From Myxococcota bacterium (GTDB lineage Bacteria > Myxococcota > SpSt-1050), in contig JBMFOP010000015.1 in NCBI GenBank assembly GCA_049969675.1, positions 1 through 40,910 of the forward strand: DNA of 40,910 bases. Direction: 5' to 3'. The notes below the pieces were generated by a model that saw nothing but the letters and a program-made list of their open reading frames with translations, was not told where the DNA came from and did no database searches. Positions 29,015-39,288 of this stretch are shown piece by piece. Within the stretch, counting starts at the first letter, position 1. Each line of letters opens with the position of its first letter. The translations under genes and the position numbers were made by a program.

Positions 29015-30265
29015 TTAAAATCCATAATTATAGCCGGCGTTTATAATAAGCCCACCAGCATTAATATTCTTAACAAAACCGTTTGTCTGATCAAAGTTGT
29101 CAGCATTTGAGTAGAGATATTTGATGCCTATTCCAATAGAACCGAACCCTGTTATATAACTCATATCGGATGCAAGATTCATTTGAAAGGAATTAATAGT
29201 ATCTAACTGTTTAGAGGCATATTCCCTTCTCAAATCTATATCTATCATATTTACACCTGAAGCCAATTCAAATCTAACAAGTATATCCTTCATCTGATAT
29301 TTATATCCCAGTGATGCTGATATAGGGACAGCGTGTAGATGGTATTTTAAGATAGAGTTCCCGGTCATAGGGTCATTTATCAGGTAGTCCCGATTGGTAT
29401 TATACGAGGCAATAGAGAGACCAATCTGAAACCCTTTATAGACATTAAAAGATGTAGAGAACTCTCCATAACCTCCAGGATTTCCAAATTGGAGCGGCAG
29501 GACAGTTCCTCCTTTAATAGAGAGAACCACTATATCCCCAAATTCCTTCACGGGTGATGTAGTTTTATCACCTTTACTCACCTTCTCTGTTATAACCAAA
29601 GACTCCTTCTTCTCAACAGGAGACCTCTGATTTTCCTTTCTCTCTTCCTGTGAGGGCTTTGCAATCTCTGATCTGGGTGGAGGCGCGACCTCTGCCGTCT
29701 TCTCCTGAGGAGGGACGAGCGGAAGAAGGGGTGGAATGATAGGAGGGGTAAGTTCATCCTGCTTCCCCTCTTTCTTATCCACCGTTGGTGGCTGAGCAAC
29801 CGCTGTCTTTTCCAGAGAAACCTTCTGAACTCTTATGAGGAGACCTTTGATTGCAGACCTTGAGGTGGTTATCTGCAATGAATGTTCACCCTCGGGCACA
29901 TCTATAGATATAATATTCTCAGATCCGGCATTAAACATTGTAGCATCTTTGATGACTGCGCTCCCTTCCCTATCATTTAGAGTAATCTCCTTTATCTTCT
30001 TCTGATCAATACTCACACTTATATTCACGGGCAGTTTTGTAAGGGGATTCTTCTTATCTATTATCTTTCTCACTATGATATTTATCTTTGAGGGTCCAGA
30101 GACTTTTACATCTGCAGGTGGGTCCGGAAAGAGGACAAAGAATTTTTCAAGCTTGCCTGAGATATCTACATCCTTCTGGTTGAGTTTGAGGAGGATATCC
30201 TCTGAATAAAGATTTGTTGATAGGAAAATTATAAAGCCTATAATTAAGATTTTTGAAAGATGCAT
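29015..30265 (-). CDS. Exported protein: N-terminal beta domain, Pro-rich linker, C-terminal outer-membrane beta-barrel
   Basis: Signal peptide, [13 protein letters not shown] linker, about eight amphipathic strands and C-terminal INAGYNYGF (BAM-type signal). Confidence 0.65.
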   Translation of the reverse strand: MHLSKILIIGFIIFLSTNLYSEDILLKLNQKDVDISGKLEKFFVLFPDPPADVKVSGPSKINIIVRKIIDKKNPLTKLPVNISVSIDQKKIKEITLNDREGSAVIKDATMFNAGSENIISIDVPEGEHSLQITTSRSAIKGLLIRVQKVSLEKTAVAQPPTVDKKEGKQDELTPPIIPPLLPLVPPQEKTAEVAPPPRSEIAKPSQEERKENQRSPVEKKESLVITEKVSKGDKTTSPVKEFGDIVVLSIKGGTVLPLQFGNPGGYGEFSTSFNVYKGFQIGLSIASYNTNRDYLINDPMTGNSILKYHLHAVPISASLGYKYQMKDILVRFELASGVNMIDIDLRREYASKQLDTINSFQMNLASDMSYITGFGSIGIGIKYLYSNADNFDQTNGFVKNINAGGLIINAGYNYGF

Positions 30266-30387
30266 ATCAAAACCTCTTTCTTCAAAATTTAACTCTGAAA
30301 TAATAGCCTATTGTCCGGTAAAAAGCAAGGTAAAATATTAAAGCTCTATTGCTTGCATTTCTTCAGATAAAAGGTTATATCTTTCTT

Positions 30388-31062
30388 ATGAAATCTACCA
30401 TTCGGGATGTAATACTTGAGTATATTATGAGCATCAACGGCTCTGTCTCAGGGAAGGAGGTGGCTGAGATTGCACACTGTTCACCACGAAATATATCTTA
30501 TCATATAGCAAAATTAAGGAAAGAGGGGATGGACATTGAGGTCTCTCACAGGGGATATAGATATAAAAGAGAGTGTGATGCTGGACTTATAAATCTCGAA
30601 GAAGGTTTTATAAAGGCTGGGATTATATTTGAATATGTTAGGTCCTGTCTTAAAATAGTCTGTTTACACAATGAAAAAAGGGATAAAAGGGGGATTTACT
30701 ATACATTTAATGAAGTGGCATTCTTCAGCGGGAGTGGTGCTGGCAATCTATCTTTCTTAATAAATCTGCAGGATGAATACTATGTAAAGGACTACATAGT
30801 TGAATTTCTTGGCGGATATATAGGGAGCAATGTTATGATAGAAGATGTTGGAAACTTCATTCTCTCAGATGACTATATCATAGGGAGATATTCAAGACAG
30901 GATAATGCGGAGCATTTTCAATTGATTGTAAACAATAAGGCAATAAGAAATATAGGGGAGATGGAGGTGAGGTCTATAGCCGATATATTTGGAGATAATA
31001 TAGGAATTAAGGGATTTTCTGTATTGATTTTTGAAAATTTATATGAAAAATTACTTCATTAG
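30388..31062 (+). CDS. BirA-type (HTH_11) winged-helix protein with degenerate biotin-ligase-like C-terminal domain
   Basis: N-terminus VSGKEVAE....S...I..HI.KLRKEGMDIEVSHRGYR is BirA-like. The GRGR and KWPND catalytic motifs are absent. ATG 30388 is preferred over TTG 30349. Confidence 0.65.
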   Translation: MKSTIRDVILEYIMSINGSVSGKEVAEIAHCSPRNISYHIAKLRKEGMDIEVSHRGYRYKRECDAGLINLEEGFIKAGIIFEYVRSCLKIVCLHNEKRDKRGIYYTFNEVAFFSGSGAGNLSFLINLQDEYYVKDYIVEFLGGYIGSNVMIEDVGNFILSDDYIIGRYSRQDNAEHFQLIVNNKAIRNIGEMEVRSIADIFGDNIGIKGFSVLIFENLYEKLLH

Positions 31063-31079
31063 CTGCTATAGGGTTGTAT

Positions 31080-32132
31080 ATGAGATATGGATTTTTTTAT
31101 GTTTTTATAATTGGGATCATCTCCCTGAATTCTGTATATGCCGATGGTCTATTGATAATTGACGGGCTTGATAAACTCAAGAGTTGTTATAATCTTGCAG
31201 GTGAGCTCAAACTCAATATGGCATCAAATATAAACAATAAAGACATCAGGACCTTAGAGTATAAAAGTATGCGTGATAAAATGGTTCAGGCTGAGGAGAA
31301 GTTCTATAGACTTGAGATGGAAGATGCCTTAAAGATATTTGATGAACTGGTTAATAACTTATCGGATGCGATCATCTCTGGTGGAAGTATAAATGATATT
31401 AACAACCTTTTTCAGCAATCTCTCAACTATAAGATACTAATTTTATTATCAAGAAAAGAGGTATCAAAGGCGGTTGAATTATTAAGAGAATACATAGCAA
31501 TCTTCTCAACAATGCATATTGATAGCAAGAAGATACACCCCTCACTTAGAAACTTTCTGAACTCTAATCTTGACTCTGTAAAAAAATCTGCAATATTGGA
31601 GAGCGAACTGGCTCAAATCTTAAACAAATCACTTAAATCAAAATATAGATTTAGCTTTGATGGGTCTGAGACCCTGCCCGATAAAATCATCAGGTCAAGA
31701 CACATCCTGCTGATTGAAACCGCTGAAGGACAAATAAGGAGTCTGCTAAGAGATTTTTCAAATGATATCAATATGCCTATCTCTCTCGGAAATTATCAAA
31801 AAAACTATGCAATTCTGGTATTAAATGAAGATTCATTTAAGAAGGCAAAGTCCTCAAATGCAGGAAATGAGATGCTCTTTTGCAGAGAGAATGGAGATGG
31901 ACTCATACTCCCTGACGGAAAGGTGCTTTCTAAAGAAGAGGCTATGATGAGAGATGTTAAGGTAGAGATTATTAAGACAGAGGAGGTTGAGCCAGAGAGC
32001 AGATGGTACAACAACTGGTGGGTATATGCGGCGGGTGGGACAGTTGTAGCCGCTGTTATTACTTCAATAATCTTAATTAACACTGACAATAGAGGCACGG
32101 AATTCTACAGAGATAGAATTCCAGTTAAATGA
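31080..32132 (+). CDS. Exported hypothetical protein with TPR-like helices and myxobacterial-type C-terminal Trp-rich membrane anchor
   Basis: Signal peptide ending VYA-D, a helical region and C-terminal WYNNWWVYAAGGTVVAAVITSIILI. Confidence 0.6.
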   Translation: MRYGFFYVFIIGIISLNSVYADGLLIIDGLDKLKSCYNLAGELKLNMASNINNKDIRTLEYKSMRDKMVQAEEKFYRLEMEDALKIFDELVNNLSDAIISGGSINDINNLFQQSLNYKILILLSRKEVSKAVELLREYIAIFSTMHIDSKKIHPSLRNFLNSNLDSVKKSAILESELAQILNKSLKSKYRFSFDGSETLPDKIIRSRHILLIETAEGQIRSLLRDFSNDINMPISLGNYQKNYAILVLNEDSFKKAKSSNAGNEMLFCRENGDGLILPDGKVLSKEEAMMRDVKVEIIKTEEVEPESRWYNNWWVYAAGGTVVAAVITSIILINTDNRGTEFYRDRIPVK

Positions 32133-33145
32133 ATATGAGAAACGAACACAATCAGGATAAGTATCAGAAGACAGTAACATCTCTATATGAGATTACAAAG
32201 GTCATAAACTCCGGAAAAGACCTTGAATATGTACTCAAATTTGTTTCGCGGGAGATAGTTTCATTGATGGGTGCAGAGACCGCCTCTGTAATGCTTCTGG
32301 ATGAGAGTGGGACAGAGCTCCTCTCAAGGGCATCATTTGGGCTGACCGAGGAGGAGGAGAAGAATATCACATTCAAGGTAGGAGAAGGTGTGGCTGGATG
32401 GGTGGTAAGCAATGGGGCAACCGCCCGAATACCGGACGTAAGTAGAGATGCAAGATTCAAGGTATCCGAACATCAGGTGACTGTCATCTCTTCAATGCTT
32501 GCAGTACCATTGAAGATTCACAACAATATCATAGGGGTACTAACTGCTACACATAGTCAGAGAGACGCATTTGATATGCAGGATGAGACTATTTTAACAC
32601 TACTGGGAAACTCAATTGTGCTGGACATTGAGAATGCCCGCTTATATAGACTCTCCATAACAGACCCGCTTACAAAGGTATACAACAGACAATTTTTATA
32701 CAATAAACTACCTGAAGAGATATCCCGATTTATGAGATATAAGACTCCGCTCTCCATAATCCTCTTTGATGTGGATTTCTTTAAGAAGTTCAACGACACA
32801 TACGGGCATAATGCAGGAGATTACATATTAAAGAACCTCGCAGCAATTGTCAGGCAGAACATTCGCAATGTAGATTTACTTATAAGATATGGCGGAGAGG
32901 AGTTTTTGATATTATCTTTAGAATCTACATTAGAGGACGCATTCGCAATTGCTGAGAGAATCAGGCATGAGGTGGAAAACACTGAGTTCTTATTTGAAGA
33001 TAAAAAACTCAGGATTACAATATCCCTCGGCGTCTCATCCTACAGAGGTGGAATGACCCCAGAGGGGTTTATCAGGAGTGCTGATATGGCACTATACAGG
33101 GCAAAGCAGAACGGTAGAAATCGCACAGAGAAGAATATAGAATGA
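32129..33145 (+). CDS. GAF-GGDEF diguanylate cyclase
   Basis: GAF (GEGVAGWV, SMLAVPL), DPLTKVYNR, DVDFFKKFNDTYGH, I-site RNVD, active site RYGGEEF and ADMALYRAK..GRN. Confidence 0.95.
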   Translation: MNMRNEHNQDKYQKTVTSLYEITKVINSGKDLEYVLKFVSREIVSLMGAETASVMLLDESGTELLSRASFGLTEEEEKNITFKVGEGVAGWVVSNGATARIPDVSRDARFKVSEHQVTVISSMLAVPLKIHNNIIGVLTATHSQRDAFDMQDETILTLLGNSIVLDIENARLYRLSITDPLTKVYNRQFLYNKLPEEISRFMRYKTPLSIILFDVDFFKKFNDTYGHNAGDYILKNLAAIVRQNIRNVDLLIRYGGEEFLILSLESTLEDAFAIAERIRHEVENTEFLFEDKKLRITISLGVSSYRGGMTPEGFIRSADMALYRAKQNGRNRTEKNIE

Positions 33146-34317
33146 GAAAGTTCTTGAGACTGCATCCATCTATAATACTTCTGGGTCTGGCATCGCTCTT
33201 CAACGACCTCTCATCGGAGATAATCTATCCGCTTCTACCGATATTTCTGACAACCTATGTGGGGGCATCTTTTGCATTTGTAGGCTTGATAGAAGGGATT
33301 GCAGAGACTACAGCCAGTCTTTTAAAACTCTACTCGGGATATCTCTCTGACAGGATAGGGAATAAGAAGGGACTTACTGTTATGGGCTATGCCATATCAA
33401 ATCTGGTCAGACCTCTAATAGGGATTGCATACTCACCGATCTTTGTCCTCATATTAAGATTCTTTGATAGAGTTGGTAAAGGGATAAGGACTTCTCCACG
33501 GGATGCAATAGTTGCAGCAGTTGCAGATAAGGGCTCAATGGGAAGGGCTTTTGGCTTCCATCGCTCCATGGATAATTTGGGATCACTCTTAGGTGCCTTC
33601 ACCGGTTTCGTATTGTTGAGCTTTGCCAGACTGGATATTAGAGTGGTGTTTCTGCTGGTCATTATCCCCGGAATTCTCTCTGTACTCGCTGTCTTATTTG
33701 GAGTCAGGAGTGTTGATGCTGAGATTACTCAGGGCACAAAACGAATCTCTCTATCACTGAAGCCTTTTGGAAAAAATTTCAAGATGTATCTTCTGGTGCT
33801 GGGCATATTCACTCTGGGAAATTCATCAGATGCATTCTTACTACTGAAGGCACGAGAGTGTGGTCTTAAAGATGCATATGTCCCCCTCCTGTGGATGATG
33901 TTAAGCCTTGTGAGGACCGTATTCTCCACGCCTGCTGGAATTATTTCGGATAAAATTAGCAGAAAGAAGATTATTATAACAGGTTGGATTATTTATGCAC
34001 TTGTGTATATTGCATTTGCGTTTAGCACAAAAGTATGGCATATATGGGTACTGTTTGGCATTTATGGTTTCTACTACGCCTTGACCGAGGGAGTAGAAAA
34101 GGCACTTGTTGCTGACCTTGCTCAGGAAGAGTTTAGAGGTACTGCGTACGGACTGTATAATTTTATTGTCGGCATTCTCGCTCTTCCATCCTCTTTTATC
34201 TGTGGATTGCTATGGCAGAGATTCGGCTCTATTGTTGCACTCGGATTCGGGGCAACTCTCGCATTTGCTGCATCAATACTTCTTGTAGGTGTCAGATATG
34301 AAAAGACTGAATGTTGA
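33142..34317 (+). CDS. MFS transporter
   Basis: About 12 hydrophobic segments, with GYLSDRIG, RVGKGIRTSPRDA and GRAFGFHRSMD motifs. Confidence 0.93.
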   Translation: MRKFLRLHPSIILLGLASLFNDLSSEIIYPLLPIFLTTYVGASFAFVGLIEGIAETTASLLKLYSGYLSDRIGNKKGLTVMGYAISNLVRPLIGIAYSPIFVLILRFFDRVGKGIRTSPRDAIVAAVADKGSMGRAFGFHRSMDNLGSLLGAFTGFVLLSFARLDIRVVFLLVIIPGILSVLAVLFGVRSVDAEITQGTKRISLSLKPFGKNFKMYLLVLGIFTLGNSSDAFLLLKARECGLKDAYVPLLWMMLSLVRTVFSTPAGIISDKISRKKIIITGWIIYALVYIAFAFSTKVWHIWVLFGIYGFYYALTEGVEKALVADLAQEEFRGTAYGLYNFIVGILALPSSFICGLLWQRFGSIVALGFGATLAFAASILLVGVRYEKTEC

Positions 34318-35176
34318 TCAGAGATTTGTTGGGACAAGGCTGGATGTCTTTGTAGCAGAACACCTCTCTGAACGTTCAAGGTCACTTGCAGAATATCTAA
34401 TTGATAATGGACTGGTTAAGATAAATGGTTTTATGGTAAAAAAGGGATATCCACTCAAGAGCGACGATAAGGTGGAGTTCTATTTCAACGAAGATGAACT
34501 ATTAAAAATCTTACCTGACGACTCTGTAAAATTTGATGTTGTACTCAAAAGGGATGATTATATTGTTGTATTAAAACCAGAGGGTGTTAAGACCCATCCG
34601 CTTGTACCTTTTGAAAAGGGGACATTATTAAACGGGGTCGTAAGCAAATTCCCCTCAGCAGGTGAGCTCTATGCAAAACGTTATGAAGGAGGGCTTCTGC
34701 ACAGACTTGATACGGAGACATCAGGGCTCATTTTATGTGCGCTTAATCAGAGGGCATTTAAGAGACTTAAGAACAACTTCAAGGCGGGAAATGTAAAGAA
34801 ATACTATTATGCGGTTGTAAACGGTATAATCAAGAAGGGCGGCGCCATCTCAGCGAAGATTATTAGCCCTCATAAGGGTTCATATAAGGTCTTTATTGAT
34901 CCGACATCAGAAGACCCTGAATATGTAACATTTTTTGAACCAATAAAATCCAATAAACGATACACACTGCTTGATATTGAACTAATAGGTGGGAAGATGC
35001 ATCAGATAAGGGCACACCTCTTCTGGTTTGGATTCCCAATTGTAGGAGACAAGTTATACAACAGGGATAAGAGTTTTAAGGGGAGGATGATGTTACATGC
35101 ATATAGATTATCCCTTTCTGGTGAGTTTGATGTAAAGACTGAAATCCCGGAAGAATTTAATGCACTTCTGCAATAG
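34298..35176 (+). CDS. RluA/RluD-family pseudouridine synthase with S4 domain
   Basis: RLDVFV S4 domain, KPEG..THP, catalytic HRLDTETSG, G.MHQIRAHL...GFPIVGD.LY and MLHA. ATG at 34298. Confidence 0.92.
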   Translation: MKRLNVDQRFVGTRLDVFVAEHLSERSRSLAEYLIDNGLVKINGFMVKKGYPLKSDDKVEFYFNEDELLKILPDDSVKFDVVLKRDDYIVVLKPEGVKTHPLVPFEKGTLLNGVVSKFPSAGELYAKRYEGGLLHRLDTETSGLILCALNQRAFKRLKNNFKAGNVKKYYYAVVNGIIKKGGAISAKIISPHKGSYKVFIDPTSEDPEYVTFFEPIKSNKRYTLLDIELIGGKMHQIRAHLFWFGFPIVGDKLYNRDKSFKGRMMLHAYRLSLSGEFDVKTEIPEEFNALLQ

Positions 35177-35199
35177 CTTTCCAAATAAAATCTGAAAGA

Positions 35200-36153
35200 C
35201 TAAGGTTGATTCTTAACGAGCAGTGCTGCACCTATCATCCCTGCATCATCTCCTAAAACTGCCCTTCTTATTTTGAGTGCCGATAGAGATGGTGGTGTAG
35301 CATATCTTTTAATATCATCTATTATTGCCTGCAATAGTCGTGGTGTATTTGAAATTGCCCCACCTCCAATCACCACAGAATCTGGATTGAAGACTGTTAC
35401 TATGTTTGCAATTGCCATTGAGAGTAACTCCCTCACCTCCATCCACAGGGCTGTACAGACGGCATCCTTCCTTAGATACCCCTTCTCCATATACGAATAA
35501 TTAAGCCTCTCAAGATTGCCATTTACTGCATTATATAAAAATCCCCCTTTATCAGTCATAGCAAGCTCTATCAATCTACTTCTTATGGGGTTTCCCCCGG
35601 TATATGCCTCAAGACACCCTCTTGAACCGCAACCACACAATCTGCCACCATCTTTGATCTTGATATGTCCAAGCTCTCCAGCCACATTTGAGGAACCGTC
35701 ATAGGGTTTACCATCTATAATCAGGGCACTACCTATCCCGGAACCCACATATACACAGAACATATTGTGACTACCCCTTCCACCTCCTTTTACAAATTCA
35801 CCATAAGAGACTGCGGTCAGGTCATTTACAATCTTGAGAGGGATATTAATATATTTACTTATGAGCCCTGCAAAAGGGACATCTCTCCAACCAAAGTTAG
35901 GGCCTATTCTAACAGACTGTCCATCCTTTGAGAGCAGACCTGCAAGCCCGATACATACGGCTGAAAGCCCCCTCTTTATCTCTGAATTGACCTGCATCTT
36001 CTTTATAAGATTTGCGGTCTGTTTAGCCACCTTATCTGGCTCCTTTGAAGGGTCTGTCTTCTCCTTGATAAATTTTATTAATCTCTCCCCCTCATTGATA
36101 AGGGCTGTTCTGATATTCGTGCCACCCAAATCAATCCCGATATAATACTTCAT
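35200..36153 (-). CDS. ROK-family sugar kinase (glucokinase/mannokinase-like)
   Basis: IGIDLGGTN, VND, VGSGIG, GELGH, CGCGSRGCLE zinc motif and AGMIGAA. There is no HTH domain. Confidence 0.92.
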   Translation of the reverse strand: MKYYIGIDLGGTNIRTALINEGERLIKFIKEKTDPSKEPDKVAKQTANLIKKMQVNSEIKRGLSAVCIGLAGLLSKDGQSVRIGPNFGWRDVPFAGLISKYINIPLKIVNDLTAVSYGEFVKGGGRGSHNMFCVYVGSGIGSALIIDGKPYDGSSNVAGELGHIKIKDGGRLCGCGSRGCLEAYTGGNPIRSRLIELAMTDKGGFLYNAVNGNLERLNYSYMEKGYLRKDAVCTALWMEVRELLSMAIANIVTVFNPDSVVIGGGAISNTPRLLQAIIDDIKRYATPPSLSALKIRRAVLGDDAGMIGAALLVKNQP

Positions 36154-36162
36154 AAAGACTCC

Positions 36163-37521
36163 TTATATCTTTTCCTTCAATTCGCCTATCTTTGACATAA
36201 AAAGCCCTTTTATCTCATTTAATCTACTCTCTGTCTCAGCCTCAAATCTGAGAACAAGCGCCGGCTGTGTATTTGACGCCCTCACAAGTCCCCACCCATC
36301 CTTAAATGTTACTCTCACACCGTCAATATCTATCACTGAATAATTCTGAGATTTGAAATACTCCCTAAGGAGTTCCACAATTTTAAACTTCTTATCGTCC
36401 GGCATATCAAATCTAATCTCAGGTGTGGACATCATCTTTGGGAGTGCGGAGATAAGCTCATCAAAACTCTTCTCAGATTTAGAGAGAAGCTCAATCAACC
36501 TCATTGAAGAATATATCGCATCGTCGTAGCCAAAATATCTATTTGCAAAGAATATATGTCCGCTCATCTCCCCTGCCAGTTCTGCCCCTACCTCCTTCAT
36601 CTTCGCCTTAATAAGTGAGTGCCCGGTCCTCCACATAATAGGATTCCCTCCAGCCTTTCTTATCTCATCATAGAGTATCTTTGAACACTTCACCTCTGCA
36701 ATAAATGTGGCGCCTGGTTTTGCCTTTAATATCTCCTTTGCAAATATTATCATCAACTGGTCCCCCCAGACGATATTTCCATTCCTATCTACAACGCCGA
36801 TTCTATCTGAATCTCCATCATAGCCGACACCTATCTCACAGCGCTTCTCTCTTACAAGTTTTATCAGGTCCTGCATCGCCTCAACAAGCGTAGGGTCGGG
36901 GTGATGATTTGGAAATCTCCCATCCATATCACAATATAGTGGTTCAAACTCAATCCCGAGCCTTCTCAGAATCTCAACAGCCACAGGACCACCAGTCCCA
37001 TTCCCACCATCCACTGCAACCCTGAATCTGCGGCTCCCGAGTTTGATATTCTTTACCACATAGTCAATATATCTCTCGCTAACACACTCTCTCTTAAAAC
37101 TCCCCTTCCCATAAACAAAACTCCCCTCCATTGCAATATCATATATTTTTAGAATCTCATCCCCATAAATAGTGCTCTTCCCTAAGGCGACCTTAAACCC
37201 GTTATATTCGGATGGATTGTGACTGGCGGTAATCATAACCCCGCCGTCCACACTGAGCTCAAATAACGAGAAGTAAAATACAGGGGTTGGAACCACCCCT
37301 ATGTCAATCACATTCATTCCCCCCTCTAAAAGTCCTCTAATAATTATCTCGGAGATATGGTCTGAGGATAGTCTGCAATCCCTTCCAACGCTCAGATTCT
37401 TTGCGTTGTGCTGTGCAAGGTATGTCCCTATTGCCCTTGAGAGCAGAAATACATCTTCATCCTTTAGGTCCTTTTCAACGATACCTCTGATATCATATTC
37501 TCTAAAGATGCCTCTATTCAT
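36163..37521 (-). CDS. manB: Phosphomannomutase/phosphoglucomutase
   Basis: FREYDIRG, ITASHNP, FPNHHPDP, DGDSDR, GEMSGH and VRASNTQP. Confidence 0.95.
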   Translation of the reverse strand: MNRGIFREYDIRGIVEKDLKDEDVFLLSRAIGTYLAQHNAKNLSVGRDCRLSSDHISEIIIRGLLEGGMNVIDIGVVPTPVFYFSLFELSVDGGVMITASHNPSEYNGFKVALGKSTIYGDEILKIYDIAMEGSFVYGKGSFKRECVSERYIDYVVKNIKLGSRRFRVAVDGGNGTGGPVAVEILRRLGIEFEPLYCDMDGRFPNHHPDPTLVEAMQDLIKLVREKRCEIGVGYDGDSDRIGVVDRNGNIVWGDQLMIIFAKEILKAKPGATFIAEVKCSKILYDEIRKAGGNPIMWRTGHSLIKAKMKEVGAELAGEMSGHIFFANRYFGYDDAIYSSMRLIELLSKSEKSFDELISALPKMMSTPEIRFDMPDDKKFKIVELLREYFKSQNYSVIDIDGVRVTFKDGWGLVRASNTQPALVLRFEAETESRLNEIKGLFMSKIGELKEKI

Positions 37522-37560
37522 ATTAACTCCTTTCTATCAGGTTTGTTATGAGCCTCATAC

Positions 37561-38634
37561 TTAAATCAGTTCCTTCTTCCCCATCCTTTCCAGTTCATCC
37601 ACAACCCTCTTTACATCCTGACACTTTTCAAGCGGTGTTATAAGTATTGCATCATCTGTAGCAATCACTGCCACCGCATTCATTCCTATTATTGCAATAG
37701 TCTTCCCCTCTGACCTGACGACACAGTCCTGACAATCAATCAGGATATTTTCGCCTATATTTACATTTCCATAACTGTCCTTCTCAAGGATATCTCTTAC
37801 TGCACCCCACGAACCAACATCACTCCATTTGAGGTCGGCGGGGATTACTCTGATACCCGAGACCTTCTCCATTATTCCGTAGTCAATTGAAATGGATTCA
37901 ATACCTGAAAATATTTTTCTCGCCTCATCTGGATTTGAATCAATGATGTCTCTTATCCTTAATATGGCATCCAGTGTCTCTGGCATAAATTTGCCCATCT
38001 CCTCTAGTATCCTCTTCGCAGTAAAAATAAATATTCCAGCATTCCAGAGATACCTGCCGGTTGAGATATATTCAATAGCCTTCTGTCTGTTTGGCTTCTC
38101 AATAAATGCCTCAACTCCAAAGATATCAATTCCCTCAGCGGTTTCAACCTGCGCACCCTTTCTGATATATCCAAAGCCAGTCTCTGGCCTATCAGGAGTT
38201 ATACCAATTGTGACTATATTACCCTGTAGTGCCACCTGATATGCCACATTCAATACCTTGCCAAAGAGCCCTTCATTTCTGATATAGTGGTCAGAGGGAA
38301 GGACTGCGATTACAGCACTCTCATCTCTTTTGTGAATAATTGCCGCAGATAATCCTATTGCAGGCGCGGTATTTTTGGGGAGAGGTTCAAGAATAATATT
38401 TGGTTCAGAACTCCCTTTGAGCTCCTCCCTTATCAGAGGGGCATATTCAAGATTTGCAACATAAAATATGTTGTCGGGGGGAAAAATCTTTACAAGTCTG
38501 TTGTAAGTCATCTTTATGAGGGATTCAGAGTTGTTATCCAATCTCAAAAACTGTTTTGGGAATCTCTTTCTGCTTAATGGCCAGAAACGTGTCCCGGACC
38601 CACCAGCCATTACGAGGGCATAATAATTATTCAT
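37561..38634 (-). CDS. manC: Mannose-1-phosphate guanylyltransferase (monofunctional, no PMI cupin)
   Basis: MAGGSGTRFWPLSR..PKQF, EP..KNTAPAI, PSDH, PETGFGYI, F.EKP, SIDYGIMEK and WSDVGSW in 357 aa. Confidence 0.95.
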   Translation of the reverse strand: MNNYYALVMAGGSGTRFWPLSRKRFPKQFLRLDNNSESLIKMTYNRLVKIFPPDNIFYVANLEYAPLIREELKGSSEPNIILEPLPKNTAPAIGLSAAIIHKRDESAVIAVLPSDHYIRNEGLFGKVLNVAYQVALQGNIVTIGITPDRPETGFGYIRKGAQVETAEGIDIFGVEAFIEKPNRQKAIEYISTGRYLWNAGIFIFTAKRILEEMGKFMPETLDAILRIRDIIDSNPDEARKIFSGIESISIDYGIMEKVSGIRVIPADLKWSDVGSWGAVRDILEKDSYGNVNIGENILIDCQDCVVRSEGKTIAIIGMNAVAVIATDDAILITPLEKCQDVKRVVDELERMGKKELI

Positions 38635-38667
38635 CCTTAGGACTCCTTTAAAACTATGGTCGTGGAT

Positions 38668-38695
38668 AATCTAATATATTCTCTCATAAAATCAA
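38668..38695 (-). promoter_or_regulatory. Possible sigma70 promoter for manC-manB-ROK
   Basis: On the minus strand: TTGATT (38695-38690), 16-nt spacer, TAGATT (38673-38668), then AAGGAG SD. Confidence 0.4.
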
Positions 38696-38701
38696 GTAAA
38701 A

Positions 38702-39274
38702 TTAGAGGGAGAGCATATCCAGATATTGTTTGAGAATTCTACCCGTTGCACCCCAGATAATATATCCATTGTAGTCATAAAAATACTGTCTTATTTTTAA
38801 CCTTCCATAATTTATATCCTCTACTCTTGGAATGTGAGAGAGCAAGAATCTCAACGGGACATTTAATACCTCTGCAATCTCATCATTTGGGGAAAGCTCA
38901 CATAGGATATCCCGGTTTTTTGTAAAAAATACAAATGGAGTAATTCTAAACTTTGAGATTGTAAGGATGTCATCAAGCCTCCCTAAAACCTCCTCTTTAT
39001 TCAATTTTATGCCGAGCTCCTCGTATGTCTCTCTAATGGCACACTGTATTAATCTCTCTCCTCTATTTAATGCACCACCCGGAAAAGATATCTGTCCCTG
39101 ATGATATTTGACCTTATTTGAACGCAGTGTGAACAGAATGTAATATTCACCCTTTATGTAATGGTTGATTATTGCAACGGCAGAGCTCTTGAAACCATTT
39201 CTATAAATCCTCTTTATCTTTCTCCCGGACAAATTTGACCTGAGAGATTGAAATATATGTTCTGAGATTTTCAT
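38702..39274 (-). CDS. Nudix CoA pyrophosphatase (NudL/PCD1-like)
   Basis: SAV...LFTLRS....HQGQISFPGG, Nudix box AIRETYEELG and IWGATG. Confidence 0.9.
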   Translation of the reverse strand: MKISEHIFQSLRSNLSGRKIKRIYRNGFKSSAVAIINHYIKGEYYILFTLRSNKVKYHQGQISFPGGALNRGERLIQCAIRETYEELGIKLNKEEVLGRLDDILTISKFRITPFVFFTKNRDILCELSPNDEIAEVLNVPLRFLLSHIPRVEDINYGRLKIRQYFYDYNGYIIWGATGRILKQYLDMLSL

Positions 39275-39288
39275 ATCAGCTACATCAA

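Noticed and set aside
38663..38670. DnaA-box-like TTATCCAC as a replication origin
   Set aside because: It is a single imperfect box with no cluster and no dnaA nearby.
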